Positions 25,689 through 35,264 of a DNA stretch of 64,000 bases are shown in pieces (positions within the stretch are counted from its first letter, which is position 1; every line of letters starts with the position of its first letter). A model generated the notes under the pieces. That model did not search any database, was not told the DNA's origin, and was given only the letters and a program-made list of their open reading frames with translations. Location of the stretch: IMG/VR virus record IMGVR_UViG_650627003_000001, positions 1-64,000 of that record; one strand, given 5' to 3'. Made by a program: the position numbers and the translations under genes. The DNA comes from a virus. Its lineage: Duplodnaviria > Caudoviricetes.

Positions 25689-26207
25689 TTAGTAACCATT
25701 GTTTTGGCGATCAAAGTTTTCTTTATTCTTTAAGAAGTATAACTCAAAGATTTCTTCAGAGTCCAGACCAAGAGCAACGTTCATGTTTAAGAAGAAGTGC
25801 CACATATCAATAAGCTCAAATTTAATTTCAAGTTGATCTTCAGGACTTAAGTCCTTAATAAGTGTTGCACGTTTTTCAAGGTTATTTGACTTCCATGCTT
25901 TCCATACCCCGGATGCATCTTTTTCACCAGAACTCATACCACCAAGCGAAGTAAGCAATTCACGGAATTCGTCAGACATACAATCCCATTGAGTTCGAAG
26001 CCAATCAACAGTTTTGCCTGCAGTATCGATGTCATTAGGATTTAAGTTCATTTCTGGCTTTTCAATTGCCAGTTTAGTCTGCAAAGCACGCTGCATAGAA
26101 ATCATTGAATCTAAATACTGTTCGCCATTACAACGAATTGATTCTGCTTGATTACGCGCTGATTCGATGCCATCTACAAGTTGTGAGCATTGATTGAAAT
26201 GTGCCAT
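25689..26207 (-). CDS. 56: dCTPase/dUTPase gp56
   Basis: MAHFNQCSQL, DEFRELL, WKAWK, FELIDMWHF, KNKENFDRQNNGY. Confidence 0.95.
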   Translation of the reverse strand: MAHFNQCSQLVDGIESARNQAESIRCNGEQYLDSMISMQRALQTKLAIEKPEMNLNPNDIDTAGKTVDWLRTQWDCMSDEFRELLTSLGGMSSGEKDASGVWKAWKSNNLEKRATLIKDLSPEDQLEIKFELIDMWHFFLNMNVALGLDSEEIFELYFLKNKENFDRQNNGY

Positions 26208-26275
26208 TTGTTTCTCCAATAATTTGGGTTGAATAATTAGTTGATGAGGTAATAATACCATTAAATTTTTAAAGT

Positions 26276-26638
26276 TTAGAATGCAACTTGTTTAAACACC
26301 ATTGATTTGCCATCGGCACGGATAGTACTAAAGTGCAGCTCAACAAATCGATACAATTCTGTAACGCTATTAGCAATTTTGTCTTCTTTATGAAGAACAA
26401 TCATTCGAAGCTTTTTAAAGTTTTTGTATACAAAATCTAGAGCCGATTTATACTCACCAGACCATAAAGACGACGATACGTTTTCAAGTTTTAACTCTAA
26501 CGTAATACCTTCATAAGTGTGGATTTTGCCCAGCTTACTGTTTAAGTGAGTTTTTACATCGACAAGATTTAAGTCGACATCGACAAATCGTGCGTACTCA
26601 CATTTGCCGTCTTCTTCGAGTTCAAAGATTACTTCCAT
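26276..26638 (-). CDS. hypothetical protein
   Basis: ORF in operon. Confidence 0.55.
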   Translation of the reverse strand: MEVIFELEEDGKCEYARFVDVDLNLVDVKTHLNSKLGKIHTYEGITLELKLENVSSSLWSGEYKSALDFVYKNFKKLRMIVLHKEDKIANSVTELYRFVELHFSTIRADGKSMVFKQVAF

Positions 26639-26946
26639 TCGAATACCTTACTAGTGTGAACAAATGTTAATACGTAGAAGCTAAGAGTGCCTACAAAGGC
26701 ACTAACTTGACTCGTGTCCATAATTGCATATAAACTTCCACCAAAGATCACTGATAGAATCATATACAAGAATATTGGGACCCATTTACTAAATTGCATT
26801 AGATACGAATACCAGCATCGAGCAATAATGTAAAATATTAAATATAAGATCGCAATTTCGTACCACTCATGTGATTGGACTAGCACTAAAAATAGAACTA
26901 GTAGGGGCAAGTAGCCTATTAACATAAAATAATTAATACGATCCAT
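26629..26946 (-). CDS. four-TM membrane protein
   Basis: Almost entirely hydrophobic, 105 aa. Confidence 0.65.
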   Translation of the reverse strand: MDRINYFMLIGYLPLLVLFLVLVQSHEWYEIAILYLIFYIIARCWYSYLMQFSKWVPIFLYMILSVIFGGSLYAIMDTSQVSAFVGTLSFYVLTFVHTSKVFEWK

Positions 26947-27503
26947 TAGCGAACCTCTACACCGATTTGTTTTAAGAAACTCATTCGGGCATCGTAGACT
27001 TCTTTGTGTGTCGCAGTTTCTGAGACTGGATTTGCTTCTACGTAATCAGCAATCAAACGAACTACGTCAGGATTTAATTTAAAGACTGCCAAGAAGTCAT
27101 TTTCGTTTTTAGAAGTACGACAACGACGAGCTTCACTGTCAAAATGCTGTTCAAGCCATTTTGCGAGTTCAACTTCTTTGCCTAATGCAACGCTATATGA
27201 CATTTTTAAACGATATGATTCTGTTCCAAAATCTTCGTATTGATCTGGATACTCTTCTACTGTCAATACAGCATAATGAGTCAAAAGTTCATTTGGCCAA
27301 TTGTAATCTGACTCGTGGTGATCACTAAGTTCAAATGACGCTTCACGACGTCGCAAAGTGTATGGAATTAGCTCGGTGTCAATTCCTTGTTTGTTGAGTT
27401 CAGCTTCATGATGACGGCTGATTTCGCAGACTAAATCAAAAATAGATTTAGCCTTTGATTCCATTTGCTCACGAGCAGTGTTTAGATTTTTTAAGATGTC
27501 CAT
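26946..27503 (-). CDS. hypothetical protein
   Basis: Weak similarity to 27937..28425 and 28432..28941. Confidence 0.6.
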   Translation of the reverse strand: MDILKNLNTAREQMESKAKSIFDLVCEISRHHEAELNKQGIDTELIPYTLRRREASFELSDHHESDYNWPNELLTHYAVLTVEEYPDQYEDFGTESYRLKMSYSVALGKEVELAKWLEQHFDSEARRCRTSKNENDFLAVFKLNPDVVRLIADYVEANPVSETATHKEVYDARMSFLKQIGVEVR

Positions 27504-27940
27504 GAATCACCCCATTCGTAATGACGCATTGAATAATATCCAGTGCGTGATAATGTAAATAACGTGTCTTCCAACAATTGGTGATAACGCATATGATGCT
27601 CGCCTTTAGTTGTAAAGTGTCGAGCCGAATTACGGAAGGCACGAATCTTAACAATTGCTAGACCAATTTGCTTTCGTTCAACAAATAAATTGTATTGCAA
27701 TTTATCCAAAGAATCGATACGCTTTTGAATTTTGTCAACTTGCTTAGCTAAACGTTTAGCCATGCGACTTGAGCGCCCATCTTCGTTAACATTTTTGATG
27801 GCCAATAAGTTTTTAGAATACTTAAGAGATTCAATATTACGACGCTTCATAGAAGTTACTCGCATTTGATCAATTTTAAGCAACTTGTTCTTTTCAAGAA
27901 GACGGGCTAAAAGTTCATATGTTTTGTCTTGACATTTCAT
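27491..27940 (-). CDS. hypothetical basic coiled-coil protein
   Basis: ATGA overlap start. Confidence 0.55.
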   Translation of the reverse strand: MKCQDKTYELLARLLEKNKLLKIDQMRVTSMKRRNIESLKYSKNLLAIKNVNEDGRSSRMAKRLAKQVDKIQKRIDSLDKLQYNLFVERKQIGLAIVKIRAFRNSARHFTTKGEHHMRYHQLLEDTLFTLSRTGYYSMRHYEWGDSWTS

Positions 27941-28425
27941 TTTACTTTCCATTTTGCTTCAAAGTCTTCTTGACTTTTAACGTTGTTGATAAGGTCGTTT
28001 AAATCTACTTCGAATTCAACCCAAGAGCTTCCTGTAACTTCAAGGATTTCTTCTGGGGTAAAGTTCAAATTAGTCAACGTTTCTAACGCATGTGGATTTT
28101 CACAAAGCAAGCGAACAAAGTCTTGAACTAAAGATTCGCTTGCTTTGGCATTCAAATGCTTTGTAAAATTAGATGCAAATGAGTCCCATTCTGAATGATT
28201 AAGATCATCAAACAGATAAAACGGAATGCTAAGATCTTTAACTTCGCCACCATTGTTAGGACGATAACGAATAATCATAGCGTTTAAGTATTCAATTGGC
28301 GATTCGAGCACAAGCTGATTTTTGCGACGAAAACTTGGATCAAACTTAAGCCAACACTGCTTGGATCGATTGATCAGAGCGGCGTTCATACGACGACGAT
28401 CTGCAAGAATTGATTGTATATTCAT
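27937..28425 (-). CDS. hypothetical protein
   Basis: ORF in operon. Confidence 0.6.
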   Translation of the reverse strand: MNIQSILADRRRMNAALINRSKQCWLKFDPSFRRKNQLVLESPIEYLNAMIIRYRPNNGGEVKDLSIPFYLFDDLNHSEWDSFASNFTKHLNAKASESLVQDFVRLLCENPHALETLTNLNFTPEEILEVTGSSWVEFEVDLNDLINNVKSQEDFEAKWKVK

Positions 28426-28431
28426 AATTTG

Positions 28432-28941
28432 TTACTCATTTGTTGATAATGCTATATTACCATGTGAATTCTGTTCTGTAAACTGCTTTTCTAACCTTTT
28501 CACAAAATATTTTGCACATGCTTCTGCAATTTCTTGATCTTTCTTTCCAAGTTCATTGAGTTCAGTATATCCTGAAACAATAATATGGATTAGCTCATGA
28601 TCTGCCTGTTCAAAGGCTTTTAAAAATCTTTGGCCTTTTTGGATACAAGTTTTCTCCACTAGTTCTCTAGTAATAGCTTTCCATGGTACTAATACTTCTG
28701 GATCACATTTTAGAGCTTGATCTCGTTTTGCAGCGAATGTAATGATTGGCGTTTGATCTTTGAAATTGAATAGACTGATCTCTACTAATGATTCATCATC
28801 TAACTCAGAGATCTCAAGAAAACCAAGCCCAAATGTTTGCATTACATTATAGACATCTTGCTCCTCAAGCAAATTGAATAACGCTTTAGAGACAACATTT
28901 AAGTCGTCTCTGCTTTTAGAATATTTCTTTAATACGTCCAT
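28432..28941 (-). CDS. hypothetical protein
   Basis: TAATG overlap with primase. Confidence 0.6.
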   Translation of the reverse strand: MDVLKKYSKSRDDLNVVSKALFNLLEEQDVYNVMQTFGLGFLEISELDDESLVEISLFNFKDQTPIITFAAKRDQALKCDPEVLVPWKAITRELVEKTCIQKGQRFLKAFEQADHELIHIIVSGYTELNELGKKDQEIAEACAKYFVKRLEKQFTEQNSHGNIALSTNE

Positions 28942-29957
28942 TAGATTTTCCTGAATCGAATCATTCTTTGTTTTGCACGAAGCCCTGAGAATGAGTTAGC
29001 ATTAATGTACTCAATAATTTGATCTGGTGTGGCACCTTCTTTTCTGATCATATCATTGATGTCTTTAGATTTCCAAGGTGATTGGTCCCAGAAGCAAACT
29101 GTTTGCCCTTGTTCAATTAGTTTGTTCATACGATTAATAGTATCAATATGACGACATTCGTTGTCTAAAACCCAAACACGGTCTTCTGCGAACGGTACAA
29201 CGTCTACGTCTATCGCGCCGCCTGTGATAGCTATACCATTAGGTATGAATAAACTATCAATTGGACCTTCAAAAACGTATACACGGCGTCCTGCAACAAC
29301 ACGATCCATTCCATAAATTTTTGTTGCGTCTTCATGGGATTTAATAGTGATATATTTTTGAGGCGCATTCGGATCGAGAGAACGTCCCTGGAACGATTCT
29401 AGGACACCTTCTTGATTATAGATAGGAATTACTAGTCTTGGTTCTTGGCGCTCAATTTTGTACGTTTCTGGCTTAACAGAGTTACATAAAGCAGGCCATT
29501 GCATTGTAAAGAATAAACGATCAAATACTGCTTCTGGTATCATACGACTCTTAACGTACTTTACAATAGGATGATTAGGTGGAAGTTTATCTAATCTTTC
29601 ACAAAATGCTAATTCAACTTTAGAAATTTCTTTAACTGGTTCTTCTACTGGCTCAACCTTAGATACCTGTGTAGGCAATTCAGCTTTACGTCGTTCAATT
29701 AAAAATTCTCTATACAATGCTTCATCGTTTTCTTTCATATATCGGACAAACGACATGCTTAGATCACAGTTGAAGCATTTAACTAATAAGACACCTTTAT
29801 GGTCGTATATCCAAAAACGTGCTTTGTGTTGATCTTTTTGAGAATCTCCACAAACTTGGCAACGACAATTAATTTTAAACGGACTATGAGACACTTTTCG
29901 ATAACGTGGATATACACACGCCATTCGATCAGCAAACTCGTATTCTACCCAATTCAT
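28941..29957 (-). CDS. 61: DNA primase gp61
   Basis: Zn finger CQVCGDS...CFNC, RLVIPI, FEGPIDSLF, KDINDMI. Confidence 0.96.
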   Translation of the reverse strand: MNWVEYEFADRMACVYPRYRKVSHSPFKINCRCQVCGDSQKDQHKARFWIYDHKGVLLVKCFNCDLSMSFVRYMKENDEALYREFLIERRKAELPTQVSKVEPVEEPVKEISKVELAFCERLDKLPPNHPIVKYVKSRMIPEAVFDRLFFTMQWPALCNSVKPETYKIERQEPRLVIPIYNQEGVLESFQGRSLDPNAPQKYITIKSHEDATKIYGMDRVVAGRRVYVFEGPIDSLFIPNGIAITGGAIDVDVVPFAEDRVWVLDNECRHIDTINRMNKLIEQGQTVCFWDQSPWKSKDINDMIRKEGATPDQIIEYINANSFSGLRAKQRMIRFRKI

Positions 29958-29998
29958 ATTCACTCCAAACAAAAATGGACTCTTTCGAGTCCATTATA

Positions 29999-30451
29999 TC
30001 ACTTTTTAAGATTGACAATCTTACGCTTTTTGGCACTTGTTGGACCAGCTGAAACAACTGCTCCAGTAGTAACGCCAGTTACAATATTTTCTACACTTCC
30101 ACCAGAATCTCCTGCCACAACCTCTTCCATTAATGGAAGTTCTTTTTTAATGTAGTCAATGTCGGATTCTGTGAGATCAAAGCGACTTGAAATAGCACTC
30201 CAACCTGCCATTGCGGATGAAATGCCAGTAAGGCCAGGAACAGTTCCTAAAGTTCGTTTAAACGATCTCACAGCTGCATGAAACGGTGTATACGAAGATT
30301 TCTCTTCTTCAGATTTGGGTCGTCGAATCAAATTGCCACGCTCGTCAATAAGTCCTAAATCAAAAGCTTTCCATTCAGAAAAGCTCTTTGACATCAATCG
30401 GACAAATCTATATGCGTAGGCGGAATCGACGCCAGTTTTTAATGCGCCCAT
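29999..30451 (-). CDS. 61.1: gp61.1-like conserved protein
   Basis: AYRFVRLM...WKAFDLGLIDERG...YTPFH; synteny. Confidence 0.7.
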   Translation of the reverse strand: MGALKTGVDSAYAYRFVRLMSKSFSEWKAFDLGLIDERGNLIRRPKSEEEKSSYTPFHAAVRSFKRTLGTVPGLTGISSAMAGWSAISSRFDLTESDIDYIKKELPLMEEVVAGDSGGSVENIVTGVTTGAVVSAGPTSAKKRKIVNLKK

Positions 30452-30475
30452 ACTTTACCTCCAAACATATATTTA

Positions 30476-30745
30476 TCAAATTTCTTGGACAGTAATAGTT
30501 TTATAATACGATTCGCCAGGATACGGTGTATCCACGGCAGTGTTACGACCATGTTTAGAAAGAAGTTCGTAAAAACGTTGTGTTTCTTCGTATGAATTCG
30601 TGTAGTATGGGACTTGTTCTTCGACCTCATCAAAGGTTCCAATTTTAACATCAATGCTTTCTACTACATTCATGTCTACTTCATTATCACCACATCGAAC
30701 AGTAACGTGTCGGTCTTCGGTCATCACAATCATATATTTTTTCAT
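30476..30745 (-). CDS. hypothetical protein
   Basis: ATGA overlap. Confidence 0.55.
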   Translation of the reverse strand: MKKYMIVMTEDRHVTVRCGDNEVDMNVVESIDVKIGTFDEVEEQVPYYTNSYEETQRFYELLSKHGRNTAVDTPYPGESYYKTITVQEI

Positions 30746-31130
30746 AGGATGTTCTCATTAATTTTGTAAGTTTTGTAAAGACGCTCTAAGAAGAACTTAG
30801 CTGCTTCAAGACGTTCATCAGTTTTGTACTTGTGCATCATGTTGTCATGATACTCTTCACTTGATGTCGCCCAGTATACAACGTTTTTGCGAGTAAGAAG
30901 ACGTCCTTTTTTCGCTAAATAGGACATAACAATATCCTTGTATACTGAATGGTCAATGTCTTTAAGTGATGCGTTTGAACACAATCCGTCAGAAACTGAA
31001 ACACATATACGTCCAAGCTTTACATATGAATTTGGTGAAGCCGTTTTAAGACGATCATACATCTGAATAATAGCTTCTAATCGATGCATTACATCTAAAA
31101 CCTCATCGTCGGCTTCTTTGCGAAGATCAA
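30742..31130 (-). CDS. GxC-motif paralogue (5' end uncertain)
   Basis: DGLCSN...DERLEAAKFFL; nearest ATG is 31089, or it is a frameshifted continuation of the upstream ORF. Confidence 0.5.
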
Positions 31131-31516
31131 GACTGTACCGGATCTTTTGAATTAATTTTGACGAAATAATCGTACGCAAAATCGATAAATTTAAGACGTT
31201 TTTGGTTTTTGTACAAATCAAAGTTTTTACGGTCGATGCGGAAATCATTTATGTTGCCTTCAATACAAAATGCAGTTTCTGGGATGTTCATTTTTTCACA
31301 ATACACTTTACATAAAGCCATTGAATATTGTGTTGTTTCTTGCTGTAGGTCGATGCCTAACAAATTAGCACAAACTCCGTATGATAGACGAAACTTATGC
31401 ACACTAAACATAACGTCTGGGTCTGTTTTACCGTCGTATTCAACAAAGTCCATGATATGTTCTTTCATAAGACCAAGGCGAAGTTGAATTAATTTTGTGT
31501 AGTAATTAGATTGCAT
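31127..31516 (-). CDS. GxC-motif paralogue
   Basis: YGVCAN...NQKRLKFI. Confidence 0.6.
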   Translation of the reverse strand: MQSNYYTKLIQLRLGLMKEHIMDFVEYDGKTDPDVMFSVHKFRLSYGVCANLLGIDLQQETTQYSMALCKVYCEKMNIPETAFCIEGNINDFRIDRKNFDLYKNQKRLKFIDFAYDYFVKINSKDPVQS

Positions 31517-31979
31517 TTTTGGACTCCAAGTTTTTCAAAGCGCATTCTAACACATCGCGCACGAGTTGTAAATATTCCCAGCGATCATCATTTAGCCAAA
31601 GTTTCTTTTCAAATACTTCTGTGATAGGAAAAGCAATTGACGAAGTCTGTGGATTCTCTTTTCGAGTATGCCACATTGAACTAAGAACGAAACAAATGCC
31701 TGAGTGTTTATCGTAACGTGTTTTCCAATATTCACTAATAGGAAGCACGTATTCGTATAAAGACTGATCTATGTCCTCTACATCCCAGATTGAAATATTG
31801 CGACAAACACCTTCGTTAAGATCTAAGAAATCACGGTCCCACGAAGAATGCGGTTGTAGGCCTTTAAGAGGCATACGTGTCGCTAACGGACAGTCGATAG
31901 AAAATTGCTTAATACGCTCTTCGTTTTCCTGAATTAACACGATATTTGCAATCACTTGTTTTAAAAGTTTTGTACTCAT
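31506..31979 (-). CDS. GxC-motif paralogue
   Basis: EGVCRN...NDDRWEYL. Confidence 0.6.
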   Translation of the reverse strand: MSTKLLKQVIANIVLIQENEERIKQFSIDCPLATRMPLKGLQPHSSWDRDFLDLNEGVCRNISIWDVEDIDQSLYEYVLPISEYWKTRYDKHSGICFVLSSMWHTRKENPQTSSIAFPITEVFEKKLWLNDDRWEYLQLVRDVLECALKNLESKNAI

Positions 31980-31986
31980 AATTTAC

Positions 31987-32307
31987 TCACATCATCTCAG
32001 CAAATGCCCAATCAGCATGCCATACAGTAGCCCCAGGAGTGTCGTTCATACAAACTGCATCAACAGGAGCAATGACTTTAAACAATACTGGATCACCACC
32101 AATTGAGTTAGCAGCACGGCCAGCGTATACTTTGGCAAGACCAATATCTTCAGTAAAGAAAATACGACCTAAGTTCTTGTTTCGTCCTTTTTCAGACAAA
32201 ACACCAGATGCATCAGGAGGCAACAACATGTCTAAAATACCAGCTTCAGTACAAGAACCGTGATAAAACACTTTTGGTTCAGAAGGAAATAAGTAATCAA
32301 GATTCAT
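31987..32307 (-). CDS. small ADP-ribosyltransferase-fold protein (Arr-like)
   Basis: FYHGS...LLP...IFFT...AKVYA..A...G..VLFKV pattern. Confidence 0.6.
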   Translation of the reverse strand: MNLDYLFPSEPKVFYHGSCTEAGILDMLLPPDASGVLSEKGRNKNLGRIFFTEDIGLAKVYAGRAANSIGGDPVLFKVIAPVDAVCMNDTPGATVWHADWAFAEMM

Positions 32308-32344
32308 GTTGTTTCTCCAGTTGGTAAAGCTATATTACTATACT

Positions 32345-32749
32345 TTATTTGACTTGTAAACTACGTTGTTTGATAATTTTGTCAATTGATTTAATAATAT
32401 GTTTGGCATAACGCAATCGTTTAGGATTTGACCAACGCGCTAGGCCTGCGGATTCAACATATTCCTTTCGACCAGCAATAGGATAACAAGTATCAGCTTC
32501 ATCGAAACGATTGAGGTGAACACCTTTAAAACTACGAGCAATTTGATCAGATAAACCATCAGTGTACATAATATCGATGTCTACTACAGCACAGACGCCA
32601 GAACTGTCCCAGAATTCTCCACCACGAGAATCGATGTAAGCTTTTAACGCTTCTTTGTCTGACCAAATGTTGACCAAGTGATTTGCACGATCACGAATTT
32701 CAATAAGTTCTTCGTTTGTTTCTGGAACATTTTCAAGATCGAATTTCAT
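32345..32749 (-). CDS. GxC-motif paralogue
   Basis: SGVCAV...NPKRLRYA. Confidence 0.6.
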   Translation of the reverse strand: MKFDLENVPETNEELIEIRDRANHLVNIWSDKEALKAYIDSRGGEFWDSSGVCAVVDIDIMYTDGLSDQIARSFKGVHLNRFDEADTCYPIAGRKEYVESAGLARWSNPKRLRYAKHIIKSIDKIIKQRSLQVK

Positions 32750-32759
32750 TTTGTATTCC

Positions 32760-33026
32760 TCAATTAGATAATGTAATTTTTACTTCAGACGAACATAATT
32801 CCCATGTTCCTTCGCCTACACCCGACCACTCTTTCGAGTAATAACCTATTTGCTCGTTTGTTCGTTCTGATTCTACATCACGAGCTACTACAGTACCACA
32901 GGTTTTTGCACGAAACAGTACATAGAACCAAGGCGAATTGTCATTGATAACATGACCAACTTGACGAGCACGTGCTAAACAAGGGTATGTAATTGGACAT
33001 TTTACTATTTCAACTGATGATTTCAT
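32760..33026 (-). CDS. hypothetical protein
   Basis: Start MKSSVE behind GAGGA. Confidence 0.6.
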   Translation of the reverse strand: MKSSVEIVKCPITYPCLARARQVGHVINDNSPWFYVLFRAKTCGTVVARDVESERTNEQIGYYSKEWSGVGEGTWELCSSEVKITLSN

Positions 33027-33033
33027 ATGTTCC

Positions 33034-33378
33034 TCACAAGATAGTTGTAGATGGGTCATTAAGAATTTTAATTACTGTTTGAACAACATCAAGATTCTCC
33101 TCAAAGTTGATGTTTAAGCGTTCTGCTTCTTTACCAAGACGAGCATTGCGAACCGCCATGTTAAATTCGCCAAGTTTGCTAAAGTAAAACGAAGTATGTG
33201 AATTGCTAATAACAATACAATTAAACTGTTGGCGCACGGTAAACTTATTGAATCCGTGGTGACGACGGAATTCGTATTCTCCATCAACAAGAGAAAGGAC
33301 GTCAGGACGAAGGCAAGGAATAACAACTTCGCGGAATTCATATTTGCCAGTTTCACGATTGCGGATATGTTTAATCAT
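33034..33378 (-). CDS. hypothetical protein
   Basis: ORF in operon. Confidence 0.6.
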   Translation of the reverse strand: MIKHIRNRETGKYEFREVVIPCLRPDVLSLVDGEYEFRRHHGFNKFTVRQQFNCIVISNSHTSFYFSKLGEFNMAVRNARLGKEAERLNINFEENLDVVQTVIKILNDPSTTIL

Positions 33379-33388
33379 TTTAAATTAC

Positions 33389-33595
33389 TCAGTTTGTACG
33401 GTTACGTTGTGAAACAATTAATCGTTGACGATAAATACGTGCACTTTGTGCATCTTCATGAAGAAGTCCAAATCGTAAAAGATTTTGGCAAAGTTCACGA
33501 TTGTTGAAATACATTTCGTTAATTCTATCAGAAGCAAAATCATGATAGTAAACTTTAGTATTCTTTGGCGGAGCTATTGTAATAATTTTTAACAT
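33389..33595 (-). CDS. hypothetical early protein
   Basis: First gene after a promoter cassette. Confidence 0.55.
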   Translation of the reverse strand: MLKIITIAPPKNTKVYYHDFASDRINEMYFNNRELCQNLLRFGLLHEDAQSARIYRQRLIVSQRNRTN

Positions 33596-33620
33596 TTTAA
33601 ATTACTCAATGTTGTTCAAG

Positions 33621-33670
33621 TTGATAAAGCTATAATACTAAAAAAGGAAGCATTTGTAAACACTTCCTTT
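33621..33670 (-). promoter_or_regulatory. terminator/early-promoter cassette, copy 4
   Basis: AAGGAAGTG-TTTACAAA-TGCTTCCTTTTTT-AG-TATTAT. Confidence 0.85.
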
Positions 33671-33679
33671 TAAATATTT

Positions 33680-34915
33680 TTACTTTTTATACGGCTTGAC
33701 AATTCCTTGCTCTAAAGCAAGTTTAAACTTCTCTACATAAGAACCATCATACATCTGTACTAATACATCGTAGTTCTGATATGCGTATTCTCGGAACCAT
33801 CCAGAAGTAATAGAAGTACACACCTTTTCTAAAGCAATCATAAACGACTGTTTAGGGTCGATCTCAAAGTTATTTGGAATCTGAGAACGTTCTAGAGCCA
33901 ACACATAACACTCTTCAAGAACTCCCATCATTTTTACTGCTCGAGGGCTATTTAAAAACTTCTCTCGAGAGCATTGTACTTCTGCTCCATCTTGCATGTA
34001 CATTGTGTACGCAGGTGTACTTAAATGTTTGACTGCTAAATGAATAGAATCATGGTCGTAGATGTAGTTTACGTTTGAGTTAAAGAACTCGTTAGATTTT
34101 ACACTTAGATTAGGATGACTATAATCGTAAGTTTCTTTCTCTCGAAGATCAAGCCAGTTTTCGTCTTTAATTGTACAACCACAGACTTTAGTCAAGAACT
34201 GAATATGACGCATTGTCTTTAAGAAATGTGGAGAATTCCGCAAGAATCGATGCGACCATTTCATTGTCAATACCATATCAAGATTCATGTATTTGTAATC
34301 GTCAACTTTGAGATGGTCCATATCAAATAACATTGCGCTTGAAGTGCCTTGTTTTTTAAGATATTGGATTTCGTAAATTTTGCTTGACACTGTGTTTTGG
34401 ATAACAATTACGCCAACATCAAATTTTGGAATATCAAATTCTTTGATTAAATCAAAACGTCCAATAGTTTCAAGCTTACGCAGATGCGCAACTAATGCAT
34501 CTGCATCTTGACGATCATAGCAAAGAATATCCACATCACTGGTTTTGAAGTTTTTAGGGAGTTTGTCACTATAGAACAAATGATACTGCATTGCAATAGA
34601 ACCCATTACGATAGGGGCACGCTTTACGCCTTCAATTGTAGTTTCTTCAACTTCTACTTCCTCAACAGGTTCTAGATTAAGTGAAGCTTGGAATACTTCA
34701 AATCCTGCATCGGTCAATTCAACAGTTTCCCCATTAGAAGCAACTAGACCAGCGTTAATCAACGAAGCAAAAACACCTTTATCTTCTGGAGTATTAACAA
34801 CAATGTTAATCCAAGTAAATGCGTCAAAGCGATCGTCCGGAATCCCGCCGTTAACACCGTTGAATTCAGAAGTAGCGATTGCGTGTAACATTTTAGTTTG
34901 TAATACTGTAGCCAT
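33680..34915 (-). CDS. winged-helix-like domain fused to a Pol-beta-type nucleotidyltransferase-like domain
   Basis: SLINAGLV...VELTDAGF, acidic linker, IVMGSIAM...SDVDIL (GS...DxD), KWSHRFL, DHDSIH. Confidence 0.6.
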   Translation of the reverse strand: MATVLQTKMLHAIATSEFNGVNGGIPDDRFDAFTWINIVVNTPEDKGVFASLINAGLVASNGETVELTDAGFEVFQASLNLEPVEEVEVEETTIEGVKRAPIVMGSIAMQYHLFYSDKLPKNFKTSDVDILCYDRQDADALVAHLRKLETIGRFDLIKEFDIPKFDVGVIVIQNTVSSKIYEIQYLKKQGTSSAMLFDMDHLKVDDYKYMNLDMVLTMKWSHRFLRNSPHFLKTMRHIQFLTKVCGCTIKDENWLDLREKETYDYSHPNLSVKSNEFFNSNVNYIYDHDSIHLAVKHLSTPAYTMYMQDGAEVQCSREKFLNSPRAVKMMGVLEECYVLALERSQIPNNFEIDPKQSFMIALEKVCTSITSGWFREYAYQNYDVLVQMYDGSYVEKFKLALEQGIVKPYKK

Positions 34916-34944
34916 GATGTGTTCCTCAAGTTGTAGTTTGTTTC

Positions 34945-34991
34945 AATAAGAGTATAATACTAAAAAAGGAAGTGCTTGTAAACACTTCCTT
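34945..34991 (-). promoter_or_regulatory. terminator/early-promoter cassette, copy 5
   Basis: Perfect 9-bp stem AAGGAAGTG/CACTTCCTT around TTTACAAG. Confidence 0.85.
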
Positions 34992-35008
34992 CTAAAATAA
35001 TTAAGTTT

Positions 35009-35245
35009 TTAACAGTTCATAGAGCTTGAAGTCCAAGGACGGAAACTTACATCAGCTTCTGAACCTTGATGATCGACATAACGATTAGAACACTGTGCCG
35101 TGCTTTCTGACCAATAAATTTGACCTTCGGCAAATTCAGGACTAATTCTAAAATTAGCAATTTGACCAATATTCACACGATGCTCGAGTTCTCGTACAGT
35201 TTCGTCCATGAGTTCAATTAATTCTAGATCAGTTAAAGATTTCAT
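35009..35245 (-). CDS. small protein with two WxxS[ST]xxC motifs
   Basis: Start MKSLTD behind GGAG; internal WSESTAQC and terminal WTSSSMNC. Confidence 0.7.
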   Translation of the reverse strand: MKSLTDLELIELMDETVRELEHRVNIGQIANFRISPEFAEGQIYWSESTAQCSNRYVDHQGSEADVSFRPWTSSSMNC

Positions 35246-35264
35246 AAGTTCTCCAAGTAAGTAA

